NCBI GenBank assembly: GCA_904063045.1
Contig: CAJFCJ010000015.1
Coordinates: 248,001 to 312,000 of the forward strand
DNA length: 64,000 nucleotides
Origin: Dimorphilus gyrociliatus
Lineage: Eukaryota > Animalia > Annelida
Direction of reading: 5' to 3'
This document shows positions 28,683 to 40,500 of this stretch, one piece after another (position 1 is the first letter of the stretch; each line of letters begins with the position of its first letter). Position numbers and translations under genes: made by a program. A model generated the notes under the pieces. That model saw nothing but the letters and a program-made list of their open reading frames with translations, searched no databases and was not told the origin of the DNA.

Positions 28683-30903
28683 TTATATAGTTGTATCTTG
28701 ATTGGGATCTACAATAGTTCGTTTCTTTGTTAATTTCATATCATTAGGAGCATATAATCCGCTCAGATCGTTAGACGTTCCAGAGCTTTGCAATAAATGT
28801 GTCTGACTTCCTGACGGTGATTTGGGTTCCTTTTTGTGAGAAACAGCAGGTAATTTCGTTGGTTGAGTAAATGGTGCGGAAGATGATATTTCTGGATTAG
28901 ACGGTTTATGATCCAATGCAGGTAATCTCATTGGTGGGACTGTAACTTCAGACATTTCCAAAGATTCTTCGTCCTTTCGTTTCTTCTTCTTCTTTTTTTT
29001 CTTCTTTTTTGTATCTTCGGGTAGGTCTACGTCTATAGTCTCCTTCCGGCGTTTCTTCTTCTTTTTTGGTTTATGAATTTCAATAGAACCTCTACCCGAA
29101 TCTTCTGCCACCCTATCTCCCTCTACAACTTCGTCATTCCGATTCTTCTCCTCTTCCTCTGCCTCCACCTCTTTCCTCTCAACTTCGTCCTCTTCCCTTT
29201 CATCCAGCTTATTTATCTCTTGGGAATTATTCCTCTTTTTACGCCTCTTTTCACCAGTACCGTTGCAAGATTCAACCCCGGAATCTTGTATTAATGAGTT
29301 TGGCCTACTCCTTTGCACTTCTGTTTGGGGAGCTTGTTTCATTCGTTGCTCATTCTCTTTATTTTCTTCCTCTCCCTGCGAATCGTAATCGCTGGTGTCA
29401 TCTTGAACGTCGCATTTCTTTTTTGTTATCTCTTCATCATCAGTTTCACGACTCTTGACGAACATTCCGTCACCCGTTGCGTAAAGAACCTAAGTATAGT
29501 ACAATTTTTTATAAGTATAAGCAAGAAAATATGACTCATAATATTCAGTTTCATTACTCACCGGAACGTGAATACTTGAAGCTGACGCCCCATTAGAATT
29601 TCCCGCTTGAGCGTCCCCATTATGGCGGGGGGATGTTCTGGGGCTAGAATCATTAATTAGGTTTGATTTCCGGCAGAGAACTTTATTCTTTAGTTTCTGC
29701 CATACTTCCTTCCTCCAGGAGAGCGTTAAAAGAGGTACAACCATAGTATAACTAAACTTCATCCACGTAAAAGCTATTTGACAACCGGATACTAGTTTAG
29801 GACCACCGAAAATCTCTATAAAATCCATAACTATATAGGGTCCCTCTAATATGCACCAAACGAGGAAGAGAAAAGCAACGAATTTTGCAGTATTCAAGTC
29901 CTTTCTAAGACGATCGTCGTTAGGATCAATCCTCGTCTGAGATTCTAATTGAGAGAATGACTCCGGTTGAGCCGGTTCAGGTAACATTTTATTGACAGCC
30001 TCCTTAAGGATGATACAGAGGAGGACAAGGGTCACCAAAAATGGTAGACCGTAGCATATACCCAACAAAAAACCATTATAAATGGAGGGGCTCTTGGTCA
30101 CATGACATAATGATCTAAAGAACAAAAGAAAACAAAAACAATTAATATATAATTAATTGAAAGAAATCAAAGACTATAAAAATTAGTGGACAGGTCAATT
30201 GATAAGATTCAATATCGCACTAGATCTTATTCCTGAACATTATTTAATTTATATATGAAAATACGATTTTTCCCTATTGACTGCTTAGAGAGAAATGACT
30301 AAACTTGATATCTCTTATAGGCTGTCACGTATTACACGATTCTAATGTAATACTGATTGATTCAATTCTTTTTTCTAGTGTTTACAATGAAATTATATAC
30401 CTTTTGGAGTTTGCTTCAACATCCGTAACCTGAGAAATGAACAAGGGTATGGCAAAAACAGTAGGAAAAAGCCATATAATGGCAATAAAAATGATGGCTC
30501 TATGGCTTTTTGTCCCGTCTGGAGGAGCTTTTAAAACGGTTACAGTTCGTTCTAATACCAAGAGGAAAAGGCTGAATAAAACTGTTGAGGTGGTAATTTG
30601 AATAAGAGCTGCATTTAGACGACAAGCAAAATCTCCTAGATCCCAAGTATCCCTTACAGTATAACTTAACATTATCGGCATAATACAACCACAGTTTATA
30701 ATATTTGCTGCAGCAATGCTCAATAGGAAGCGATTAATCTCCGAACTCCTGAGTCTTTTCGATTGAGCTATTATAGCCACTAATAAGCAATTGCTTACGA
30801 ATCCAACTATTAAAAATACTGATAAAAATATGGCTCGAATTGTTAAACTTCCTCTATCATCTGCAACGGGACCACCCGTTGATTCAACTTCTGAACTATC
30901 CAT
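28683..30903 (-). CDS. Orphan rhodopsin-class (class A) GPCR with long charged C-terminal tail, 3 exons
   Basis: Seven hydrophobic segments; ECL1 W-x-L-G-x-x-x-C (WDLGDFAC), LER at end of TM3, W4.50/P (IIWLFP), ECL2 Cys, YGLP in TM5, helix-8 RKEVWQKL. Phases join correctly: NSKR|SLCH and IHVP|VLYAT. Confidence 0.9.
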
Positions 30904-31328
30904 ATCACAGAAATTTGATTTTGGACGGATTAAAATCGCCGGGAAAACGGCCTTCTATTCGATAATTCCTTCCTCTCACATACTTGCTTCTCCGGTATGA
31001 GAGAATTACGTATGCAAATAAGTACAGGTAGAGCCAACCAATCAAATCTCTAATTCGTCTATTTAATTTATTAATTTTACTCCCTCTTATAGAGTTTCTT
31101 CTAATTTCATACAATTTTTTAATTTCTAGAAATTTTAATACTTTACTAAAAAATAAAGAAAATCCAAATAAGCTCTTTCGTCTTTCAACAGAATATTATA
31201 GTATTAACTAAGTTGTTGAACGGTAATATGACAATTTTAATACCAGTTTTCATAATATATGCATATTTTTCTAGGCGTCTGTAGAAACGGTTAGGTAAAG
31301 AATTTCTTTCATATTACAATTTTTAAGT

Positions 31329-33522
31329 ATGGGTATTGTTGAAGGACCGTTGTTTACTCCTTCAAATTATAACAATTCTTTTATACGTAAGTTGTTAATT
31401 CATATTAGAGAATAAATAAATATAAAGCACTATTTCGTAGTCAATCTATTTAATCCTTCGTATTTTGATCACCCGCACAGAATGAAATCCAATTTTTTTC
31501 TTAATGTTCTTACAAATACAAAAGATACAAAGGGAAGCATCTGTCCCTACTGATGCTATCAATACCTTATTTACAATGTTTTTGTTTTGTTTTGTATTCT
31601 ATTCAAAAAAAGAAAAAGAATAAAGAAGAAGAACGTTCCATTATTCTATTCCATTCTTTTCTCTTTAATTGTTGATTTTATATTTAAATATCTAAAGAAT
31701 AAAGTCTTTTTTATTTCCGGTTAATAATTGTCTGTCTTTCTCCTTATTTAAATAGTTGTTTGTACAATTTATCATTTTTACAGCTTTAAAAGTTGTTTTA
31801 ACTGAATATTTTCATTTCTTTCTTTTCTTACTTTTAGGCCGACAATAAAGTCATTATCAGTGAAAAAAGCATATACTCTGTATTAATTTTCTTTTAAGAA
31901 TTCTGGGAAATGAGCAGTGCTTTTTATTTTTTCTTTGTTTATTTTAGGTTAGTTCTTTCCCTTTTTTCTCACTAAATCCACGTTTAACTCTACAGCGCAG
32001 TCCGCGTCTTAATACTCCCTGCCTAGCTTTTTTCTTCTTACTTTTCTTTCTATCCTCTCATGCTCTTTACTCTCATATTAAATTTAATGATCTATTGTTG
32101 ATTAATTAACAGTCGAGTCTCATCTTCATTCACCACTTTGGGAAAATGAAAAAGATCTCATTAAGTTAACTGACGACGTTTGCGGCTTATTTGTTTATTT
32201 CGAATGTTTATGCAGGCGCCAGACTCTCAAATCGAATTCGCAGCAGTTTACCAATTTTCCCCAAGCTTTCAAAACAGATGCTGACCTTTTGGTAGATAAG
32301 ATAAGAACTAAGATTTCAGATATTTCTAAGAAAACGTTAGAAGAGATTGCTAATAGTAACGAATGTAGAACTTTGTTTCCGTTTATTGGAAAATATCTAT
32401 TGAATCATCAAGCAAACGAAAGAGATAGAACATTAACAGATGGTAAAGTAATTAGCATTTAAATTAATTAATCCTAATTATTTCCTTATATTTCGTAGAG
32501 TACTTTCGAAAATGCTCAACGATGCAACAGATAATCTCTTTAGCGCATCAGATCAATTGTGATGTTATTCAATATACGAATATCAAGTATATAGCCCATC
32601 AATTGGCTTTACTTTATGTAAATTAAATTATTTAAGCACTAATAATATTATTAATTAACCAATAAATTAATGCTTCTCTTTCTCCCTCCAGCAATCATTA
32701 ACACCTTTTGAAACTGATAGTGAAATAAAGCCACTTAAACGTTTGTAGTTTATTGTCTTCTATCTTTTGTTTGGCTAGTTTTTTTTCCTTTTCGTTCCAT
32801 ATTCTTTCACTCTTCTTCTTCTTTCTCTTTTCATCCATTTATCTTTAAGAAGAACAATGTAAAATGTATTCTCACATACAACTTTTGTATATACTGTATA
32901 TATATATATACAGTATGTATGTTCATATATCTTTACAATTATTTCCTCTGAGCGGATAAAGAAAAACAGATATAAAAGAGAAGTCTGCGTAAATTATAGT
33001 TTATTCACATGTAACATTGATTTAGCTTTATAAATGTACATTACGTTAGATAAAAAAAATATACACATTATCTCTTGTTCTTATCAAATAAGAGCAAGGC
33101 TTTCATTATTTCAAACTTCCTTTTCACTCTCTCTCTCTCTGTTTCAATTTATCTCTCCATTCTATCTACTTATCTCATTTGTTCAAGTGATAAAAGTAAC
33201 ATATTTATGCCGATTTGAAGTAGATTAATTGTATTTAAATAGGGAACATTGAAGAGAATTTCGAAGGGGTGAGAGAACAAATAGGAGATGAAGAGAATGT
33301 AGATCTCTCTGAGGAGTATATTACATGGTAGATATATTTGTACCAATAAGGATAAAGAAACGTTCCACGTCAAATACTAAATCTTGGTATCTTCCAAATA
33401 GGGTTCTAGAGATAACTAGTCGAATAGTCAAAAGAGTGCAGAAGATTTCGACGGAAAGCTCGATAAATTTCTATTCTCATCTGTCAAACTTTCGTAGAAT
33501 GTTATCACCTAATTTAAAATAA
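31329..33522 (+). CDS. Uncharacterised 253-aa protein, 6 exons (mostly absent from ORF track)
   Basis: Exons 31329-31386, 32113-32442, 32499-32617, 32692-32740, 33243-33327, 33402-33522 all have GT/AG boundaries, matching phases (1,1,0,1,2) and total 762 nt with no internal stop. Confidence 0.8.
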
Positions 33523-34524
33523 AATTACATCCTATTTATCAAAGTATTCATGTTGTCGACTCTCGTCACACACACAGCCTTCGAATTGAAGTCAACAGAA
33601 GATGGCGGCACTGAAGAATGGGGAAAGTATAGAAAAATATTAAGACATAGTCAGCCAATTCATTTCATTATATACTCTTATATATGTATATATGTATATA
33701 CAGTATCTCGTCTAGCTTTCTGTCTGTTTCTATGTATAACTTTATATATTCGTATATATAAATAATACAATGCTTTCATTTTTCAGGACAGAAAAATTTT
33801 ATTTGTAAAAGATAAAACATTCGCTACAGATGCATAGCAAAGCAATAAAAAAGCGCCTATTAAAGCTCAAACAAACAGTATAATATAGTTAGACTAGTTG
33901 ATACCGGTTTAAATTTTTCTTTGCATACATACATTAATTATACTAAGAGTATTCATAGGACTCTACAATACTAAAAGAACGCAAACAAAACAAAACTCAA
34001 AATATAGATGTAAAAAGCGTGTATAGAAATATATATATATATATATATTTATATATATTTATATACTTCATCGTAGCAAACGTTAAAAAAAGATATATGG
34101 AAAACATCAAAATTTGCATAATAGATAATAATTATAGGAGAAAGGCAAGCAACAGAACTGAGCTCTTCGAGATGAGCACCAAAAGCGTAAAAAAACCAGC
34201 TGAAAGCGAAATTTTTTTTCGTTTAAGTGTACAAATATAAATATGTATAAAAATGGAATATTTCATCTTTTTTCTTTTTTTTTTTTCCTTTTTTCACAAT
34301 TTAGCGGCAGAAAAAAACCATAAATTTCTTTAATATTGCACGAAAAACAAATATTTTTTCCTTTTTCTTTTGTACAGAAAATTATTTTCAAGTTTTTACA
34401 ACTAAATTCGTTGATAAATAAAAAGTTAAATGCTTAATAAAAACAATTAAAACGCGTTGACGGATTAAAAAGCTTTTTTAAAAGGTAAAATCTTAAGTTT
34501 GCCTATTTCTGAAATCGGGAAATT

Positions 34525-37500
34525 TTATTCGGTTTGCTGCGCTTCTCCAGCGTTATTCTCTTCTGAAGTAGTTTCGGCGGCTTTTGGTTCTTCCGCCGGT
34601 ACAGCTTTAGTTTCTTCTACTTCAATTTTTGGCTCCTCTTTGGCTACTTCGGCCGGTTTTTCTTCAGTTTTTGGAGCTTCTACTTTTGGCTCTTCAGCAG
34701 CCTATTTTTATGGGAAAAAATAGAACTTGAACAATTAAACAGCTTAAAAAGGAATAGAAATTGGATCCACTTTGTTTACAATGGATTAAACTTATAAAAA
34801 AAAGGCTAAGCGGTGTTTTCGATATCTTATCTTACAAATCTTTTACTTCAAAGAAACAAACCTTTTCTTCGGTTTTAGTGGCGGCGGGAGTCGATTCTCC
34901 GTTCTCAGCCGCTGGTTTATCGCTTTCGTTTGGCTTAGGCTTTAAAGTGGACAGGAAAAAAGAAAACAATACATTAATAACAATGGAAATAGGAATGGTT
35001 AAGATCAAAGATAAGATCTACTAGACACACAAAACAAGCTAGCCAATGCTAGTGTAGTTATTTTAGTTACCTTGCCATTTCCATTCGTGGTAGCTTCACC
35101 ATTTGCCGTGCCGTTCGCTTCGCCGTTTGCTTCGCCATTAGTTTCACCATTAGCTTCACCATTGGTTTCTCCATTAGCATCGCCGTTGGTGGCGCCGTTG
35201 GTTTCACCTTTTTCGTCCGTTGATTTCGACCTGTTCGGCCCTTGATACTTTTTAGCTTTTTTAACGTATTCCATATCAATAAGGGAATAACACATAAGCT
35301 TAATAGCCTCTTCAATATTTTCGGGTTCGGGCTCGAATTCAAGATCCTTCATCTATAAATGAGAGTAAACAGGTATTATAATCAATCAGAGGTCAAAAAG
35401 TTAAAAAAGTTGGCTCATGTCATTTTTCATTTTCAACAAAAAAACAAAGTATTAGTAATCAAATATATAAATCAACTTGTCCTCATCTATTGTCTTTCAA
35501 GTATAATATTTAATGTGAAACAGATATGATCGACCTTTTAACAAAATGTGCATTTCGTGTTTATCGAGCCTCGCCCAGATGAATTAATTACTCGGTTTAC
35601 TATTTTAAGTATATACATGCTTACTGTTAAATGAAACAGCTATGAAAATACTGTAAATTAATACGAGGAATGTCTACGAAATTTAAGAATACAATAACAA
35701 ATAAGCCGCTTACTTTCTGACTTTCCATTTTCCAAACTTTTCCAACTCGCGGTAAAACGTCGTTCTTTGTATTTTTGTTAAATAAACCCTTCGCTTTCAA
35801 AAGGAAAAGCGGAGAATTTGATGTTGGAACACTGTAACCTGATTCCATTCAAAAAGAAAAGAAAATTCGGGATTAAATACAAATAAAATGAAATTTGTTA
35901 AGGAATAAAGATAAAAATAGAATCGACAAAAAAATTGAAGAAAAGCATACCTTGGGTTTTGAATTCCTTCGAAATCACCTGAGAGACCTCGTTGAGGAAC
36001 ATTCCCTTTGAAGCAACGATGTGACGACTTCCAACTGCTGCATTTGAATTCAAAGCCTTGACAACTAGTTTGACCAAATCTCTAACGTCTACAACGTAAA
36101 CGTAGATTTTCGGAACTCCAACGAAACTCTTTGATTTCAAGAGATGCTTGATGAACTGAAAAATTTAAAACGAACATTGATTAATGAGAGTATTAAAAGC
36201 GCCCTTTGAAAGGCTGTTCTGCTATAGCGCCCCCTAATGAATTTTGTCATCCGGAAATTGCTTTAAATAGCATTTTCCAGACTAAATAGTTCAATTAGTC
36301 TGTAGCCTCACTAAGCAGTCCAATATTAAGCTCATTCTTCATTATCTATAATTATTTGGCTTAATATCCAGGCTGCTTAATGTATTTAACGTAGGTGGAA
36401 GAATTATGCGTACGGGTTGTATCGCTAAAAAGCTATTCATTGTCTGACCGTTTGTAGGCTTATCAAATGTAAATTTCCTTATCTACCGCCTTTTCGGCAG
36501 GAGATGGGTTTACGTTAAGAATGTCTTATCGGTGTCTAAATGTAGGTAAAGTAAGAAAAGAACTAAAGAAAACATACTGTCACATTAGCATCTTCTCGAC
36601 CAGCTTGATGTGGCAACAAGATAGGTCCAACAGAATATTGAGGATTTAAAATAGCGACTTGGACTTTATCGTCACTTTCATTCTCCTTGTCGAAATCTAG
36701 AGCAGCTCTCTCAACAGCCAAATTAACTTTATGATTTAAATTGCTAATTTTGTCCGCTTCGGCTTCGTCTTCTTCAGTGTAAACTTTTCCTTCGGTATCG
36801 TCGGGTAGAGATCCAGTAATTGTCGTTGAGGTTGATGTCATAACAACCCTCTAAAAGTAAATTTAAAAAAAACTTGTATAGATATACATTGTATAGATTT
36901 AAATGAATATGAATATATACTTAGTAAACAATAAAACAACAATAGAACAAAACAAAGAAATATAATATATTTTAAATAATTTTTAACCTCTCCTTCAGGC
37001 TACCATCGTGATATTATAGGAAACATAAAGCTTTAGAATACGTAATTATATACCTTTGTTGCGAAAATATAGAAAATTACTTTACCAATGTCAATTAATG
37101 AGTTGATAAGGAGAGTTCAATTAATAAAATTCATGCTCTTTATACATTTTTCCCTTACAATTATTAAAGTTATATTGTTACCAGTTATAAATGATTAATC
37201 ATCTGATACTAATCGAGTATGGCGTATAAAAAAAAATCTAAACATTTTCATTTATTACTATTTAATAACGTCTGTGTTTTTTATTTAACTACGCTGTTAT
37301 ATATATCCTTAAGCTAATATATTTTGCAACAAAGCTTATATGTTAGAGTTATTCGACTCTTTGCTAAAGTTTGTATGGAAAAAACAATTAAGTGAATACA
37401 TATATAAAAAAAAACCTATTCTCATCATTAATTGTTTTACTTGCATTAGCGACTATTTTTCGCTCCTATTTCTACTTATTTAATACCAATGCTATACAGT

Positions 37501-40500
37501 CTGATTTACGACCGTTTCGACATTTTATTAGCCCGTATTAAGAATTTAACTCCCTTTTAAATATGCCAAGTTAATTCAATGTAAAATACTGCTTACCTTA
37601 ACCCGAGCATTTTTACAAGCAGTCATAAACTTGGTAGTAGATTCTGCAGCCTTTTTAGCTATGTCGACATCGCCGTTCTCTGCTACCCAAGTAGTAGATG
37701 CAGCCACGACATGCGACACATCTTTTAAGGCCTCCTCCCAACCATTCTCGGCTTCGTAATCAACCTTACAAAATTCCAAAGGAACCTCCGTCTCCTTAAC
37801 GATACCCTTTAGTGGTTCGGTCTCATCTTCTTTCTCAGGATCTACCACCGCAACGCGAACCTTCAGATTATTTTCTTGAAGTTCACGGATTGCGTGGCTT
37901 CCTACAAATGAAGTTGCTCCGAGTACAAGAACTCCTGCAAAGTAAGAAAACCTGTATTGTTTTTATAAGCAAAAACGTATGCATAACAAAAATCTCTGCC
38001 CCGATTGCGGGCTATATAAACTAAATATAAATATTGAAAAAACCCGGATAATTATACAAACTTATTAGTTGCGCTACACACGGGAATAAACTTTGGACTT
38101 TTCTTCCCATTTATCTTTCTTTTTTTACGCACGCGCTAGTCAACAGTAACTTAATAGGATCTTTATTCGAGAGATAAGAGAAAGAGTTGGACATTTGAAC
38201 TCAAAAACAAGAGAGGGTGAAGAAAGAGGGGGTAGTGATGGAAGAGTGTTGTCAAAAGAATAGAACGAACGACTGAGGGTAAAGAAAAAAAGACAAAAAG
38301 CAAACAAAAAGAGAATGAAAAATTAGTAAAAGCAAACAAAACTAAACAAAAGAAAAGAAACCCTTAAGATGTTAGCAACAGGTTGTAACTTATAATAAAT
38401 TGAAGTAGGGACAGCTTGCGCTATGTATACTTCATCATGCTCAACAAATAAGCAAATTTTATGATGTATTCGCTAAGTTTATTTTGTATTGTAAGAGGCG
38501 ATGAAAAACGCGTATGTTTATTCTTGTTTTATCGTTAAACCTATATAAAGTCGTCCATATTTTTAAATGATTCTATCAGCTGCGCTAAAAATTTAATCAA
38601 TTTTTATTAGCTTACTTTCTAAGTATAACACTTCGATTATTAATGAATAAAAACTAGCAGAGCGAAAACGGCTAATCGCTTTTATTCCTGAAATTTAATT
38701 ACGTACTAACAAAAAAAAAAAAAAAAGAGAAGAAACGGCTGTAAAATGTCTTAATTTATTATTCAAAGCCGGATATGAGGTTTTCTATTAAAAAAAGGAA
38801 AGAGTAGCGAAGGACGTGCTCAAGATCCAATATCTATTGGATAGTAAAAAAAGGACTTGTCGAGAGAGTGGTAAGATGAGGGTGTTAAATGAGGTAGTAA
38901 GAGGGAATATCCTATAACGAATTGACATTCGAGAAAAAGAAAAGATAATTTTCTTTATGTTTTCTTTGAAAAATTATCTAAACAATATTTCGTAAGGAAT
39001 AACTAAAGAGATTAGATTCAAAAGAAAACACGAACTTATTCTAACCTTCTACCATAGTTAAAGTATAAAATCTCCAACTGCCATTCCCTCCTGCTTTCCT
39101 CCCTCTCTCTCACTCTCTTCAACTATTGCTACTGGTACTATATACATTTTGTACCATTATGTCTATCATCAGTTTATGTTCTCAATAGAATTTAAAGAAT
39201 TTTTCTCCCTCCCTTTTATTCGAGGAAAACCGACGCGATAGCCATACTACTGAAAATTCTATTTTTAGCTCTTTGACTAATGCGTCGACCGCTGCGTTTT
39301 AGGCAGTTTTCTTTTTTTCCGTTGGTCTAAAAATATACAAAGTCGCCTATAATTAAAGGCTATATGCCGGTCACGTAGAATTTCTTTTCTTAAAATGAGT
39401 TGAGCCTATAATGATTAATTGAACATTCCTCGAAGATGATTAACGACTGAGTTTTCGACAGATAACCCTTATCTGAGGATAATCGTGTGAGTTGATCAAT
39501 GCCAGATGGCAGCCTTTGTAACACCCAACACAAAGAAGCAGGTTATAAACGCTCGCAAAAAGTAAAAAATTAAGAAATCTGTGTAAATTACAATCCGTTT
39601 TCTTTAATTGGGCCATAAAAATGGTCGACATTCTTCCAGACGTTAACCCTCTGATGCCTGGTACCGACCAGACAGAGACGCTTATCCTCTAATTCGGTAC
39701 CCGATTCCATTCAAGGTCGATATTAGCAACATTGAGGAATAAACGTACGTAGCCATACTACGCATTCTAGGGGTGAGTAGGTCAATGCGCAAGAGCGTCT
39801 AATATCAAGCAAATTTATTTATAGCTGCCAAGAGTCGGATTCTTAGAAGGCGCAATAAATTTAAGTGTATTTTGACTAGGAAAAGGGTTTGTAGTCATAA
39901 AATTAACCAAAAAAGGTGGGGTTGATAGCCCAAAGAAAAAATCTTATTTAAATTAAGTTTTATTCAAGTAGAATAACGTTACGGTCATAAATTAGGCGAG
40001 AGGTTTTTCAACTCAAAAAATTCCAAGAATGTAGACAGGTATACTTTTACATCACCCCAAAACATTTTCTTAAAGAGTAGCTTTTAGTTTTTCTACTATT
40101 TTTCGACAAGTATAAAAGTGAACATACTCAACAAATATATACAAAGTTCAAAGTTCCAATAGCTTAATCTTATGTACTTAACACTTTAATTAAATAAGAG
40201 AATAAAATGTCGTTTTTATTATTAAATAGATATTGAAAGAAAATACTAATTTAATAGTTAAACTTTATAAAAGAACAATAGAACACAATGTTCGAAATTC
40301 TTTTGTTATTCGTTTCGTTCTTTGTTCATTTTTTTAAATATTATTTTTAAATATTGTTATCTTCGTAATTTTTTTGGTGTGAATTTCTTAATATATTAAA
40401 AACATTTTATTAACGTAATACAATTGAATGAAAAATATTTCATGAATTAAAAAAATATCAATTATGCTATAAATATAAGATCTGTTTAGCGAATGAATAA

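Noticed and set aside
38890-38910. TGAGGTAGTA, the first 10 nt of let-7
   Set aside because: The match stops after 10 nt and I see no complementary hairpin arm.
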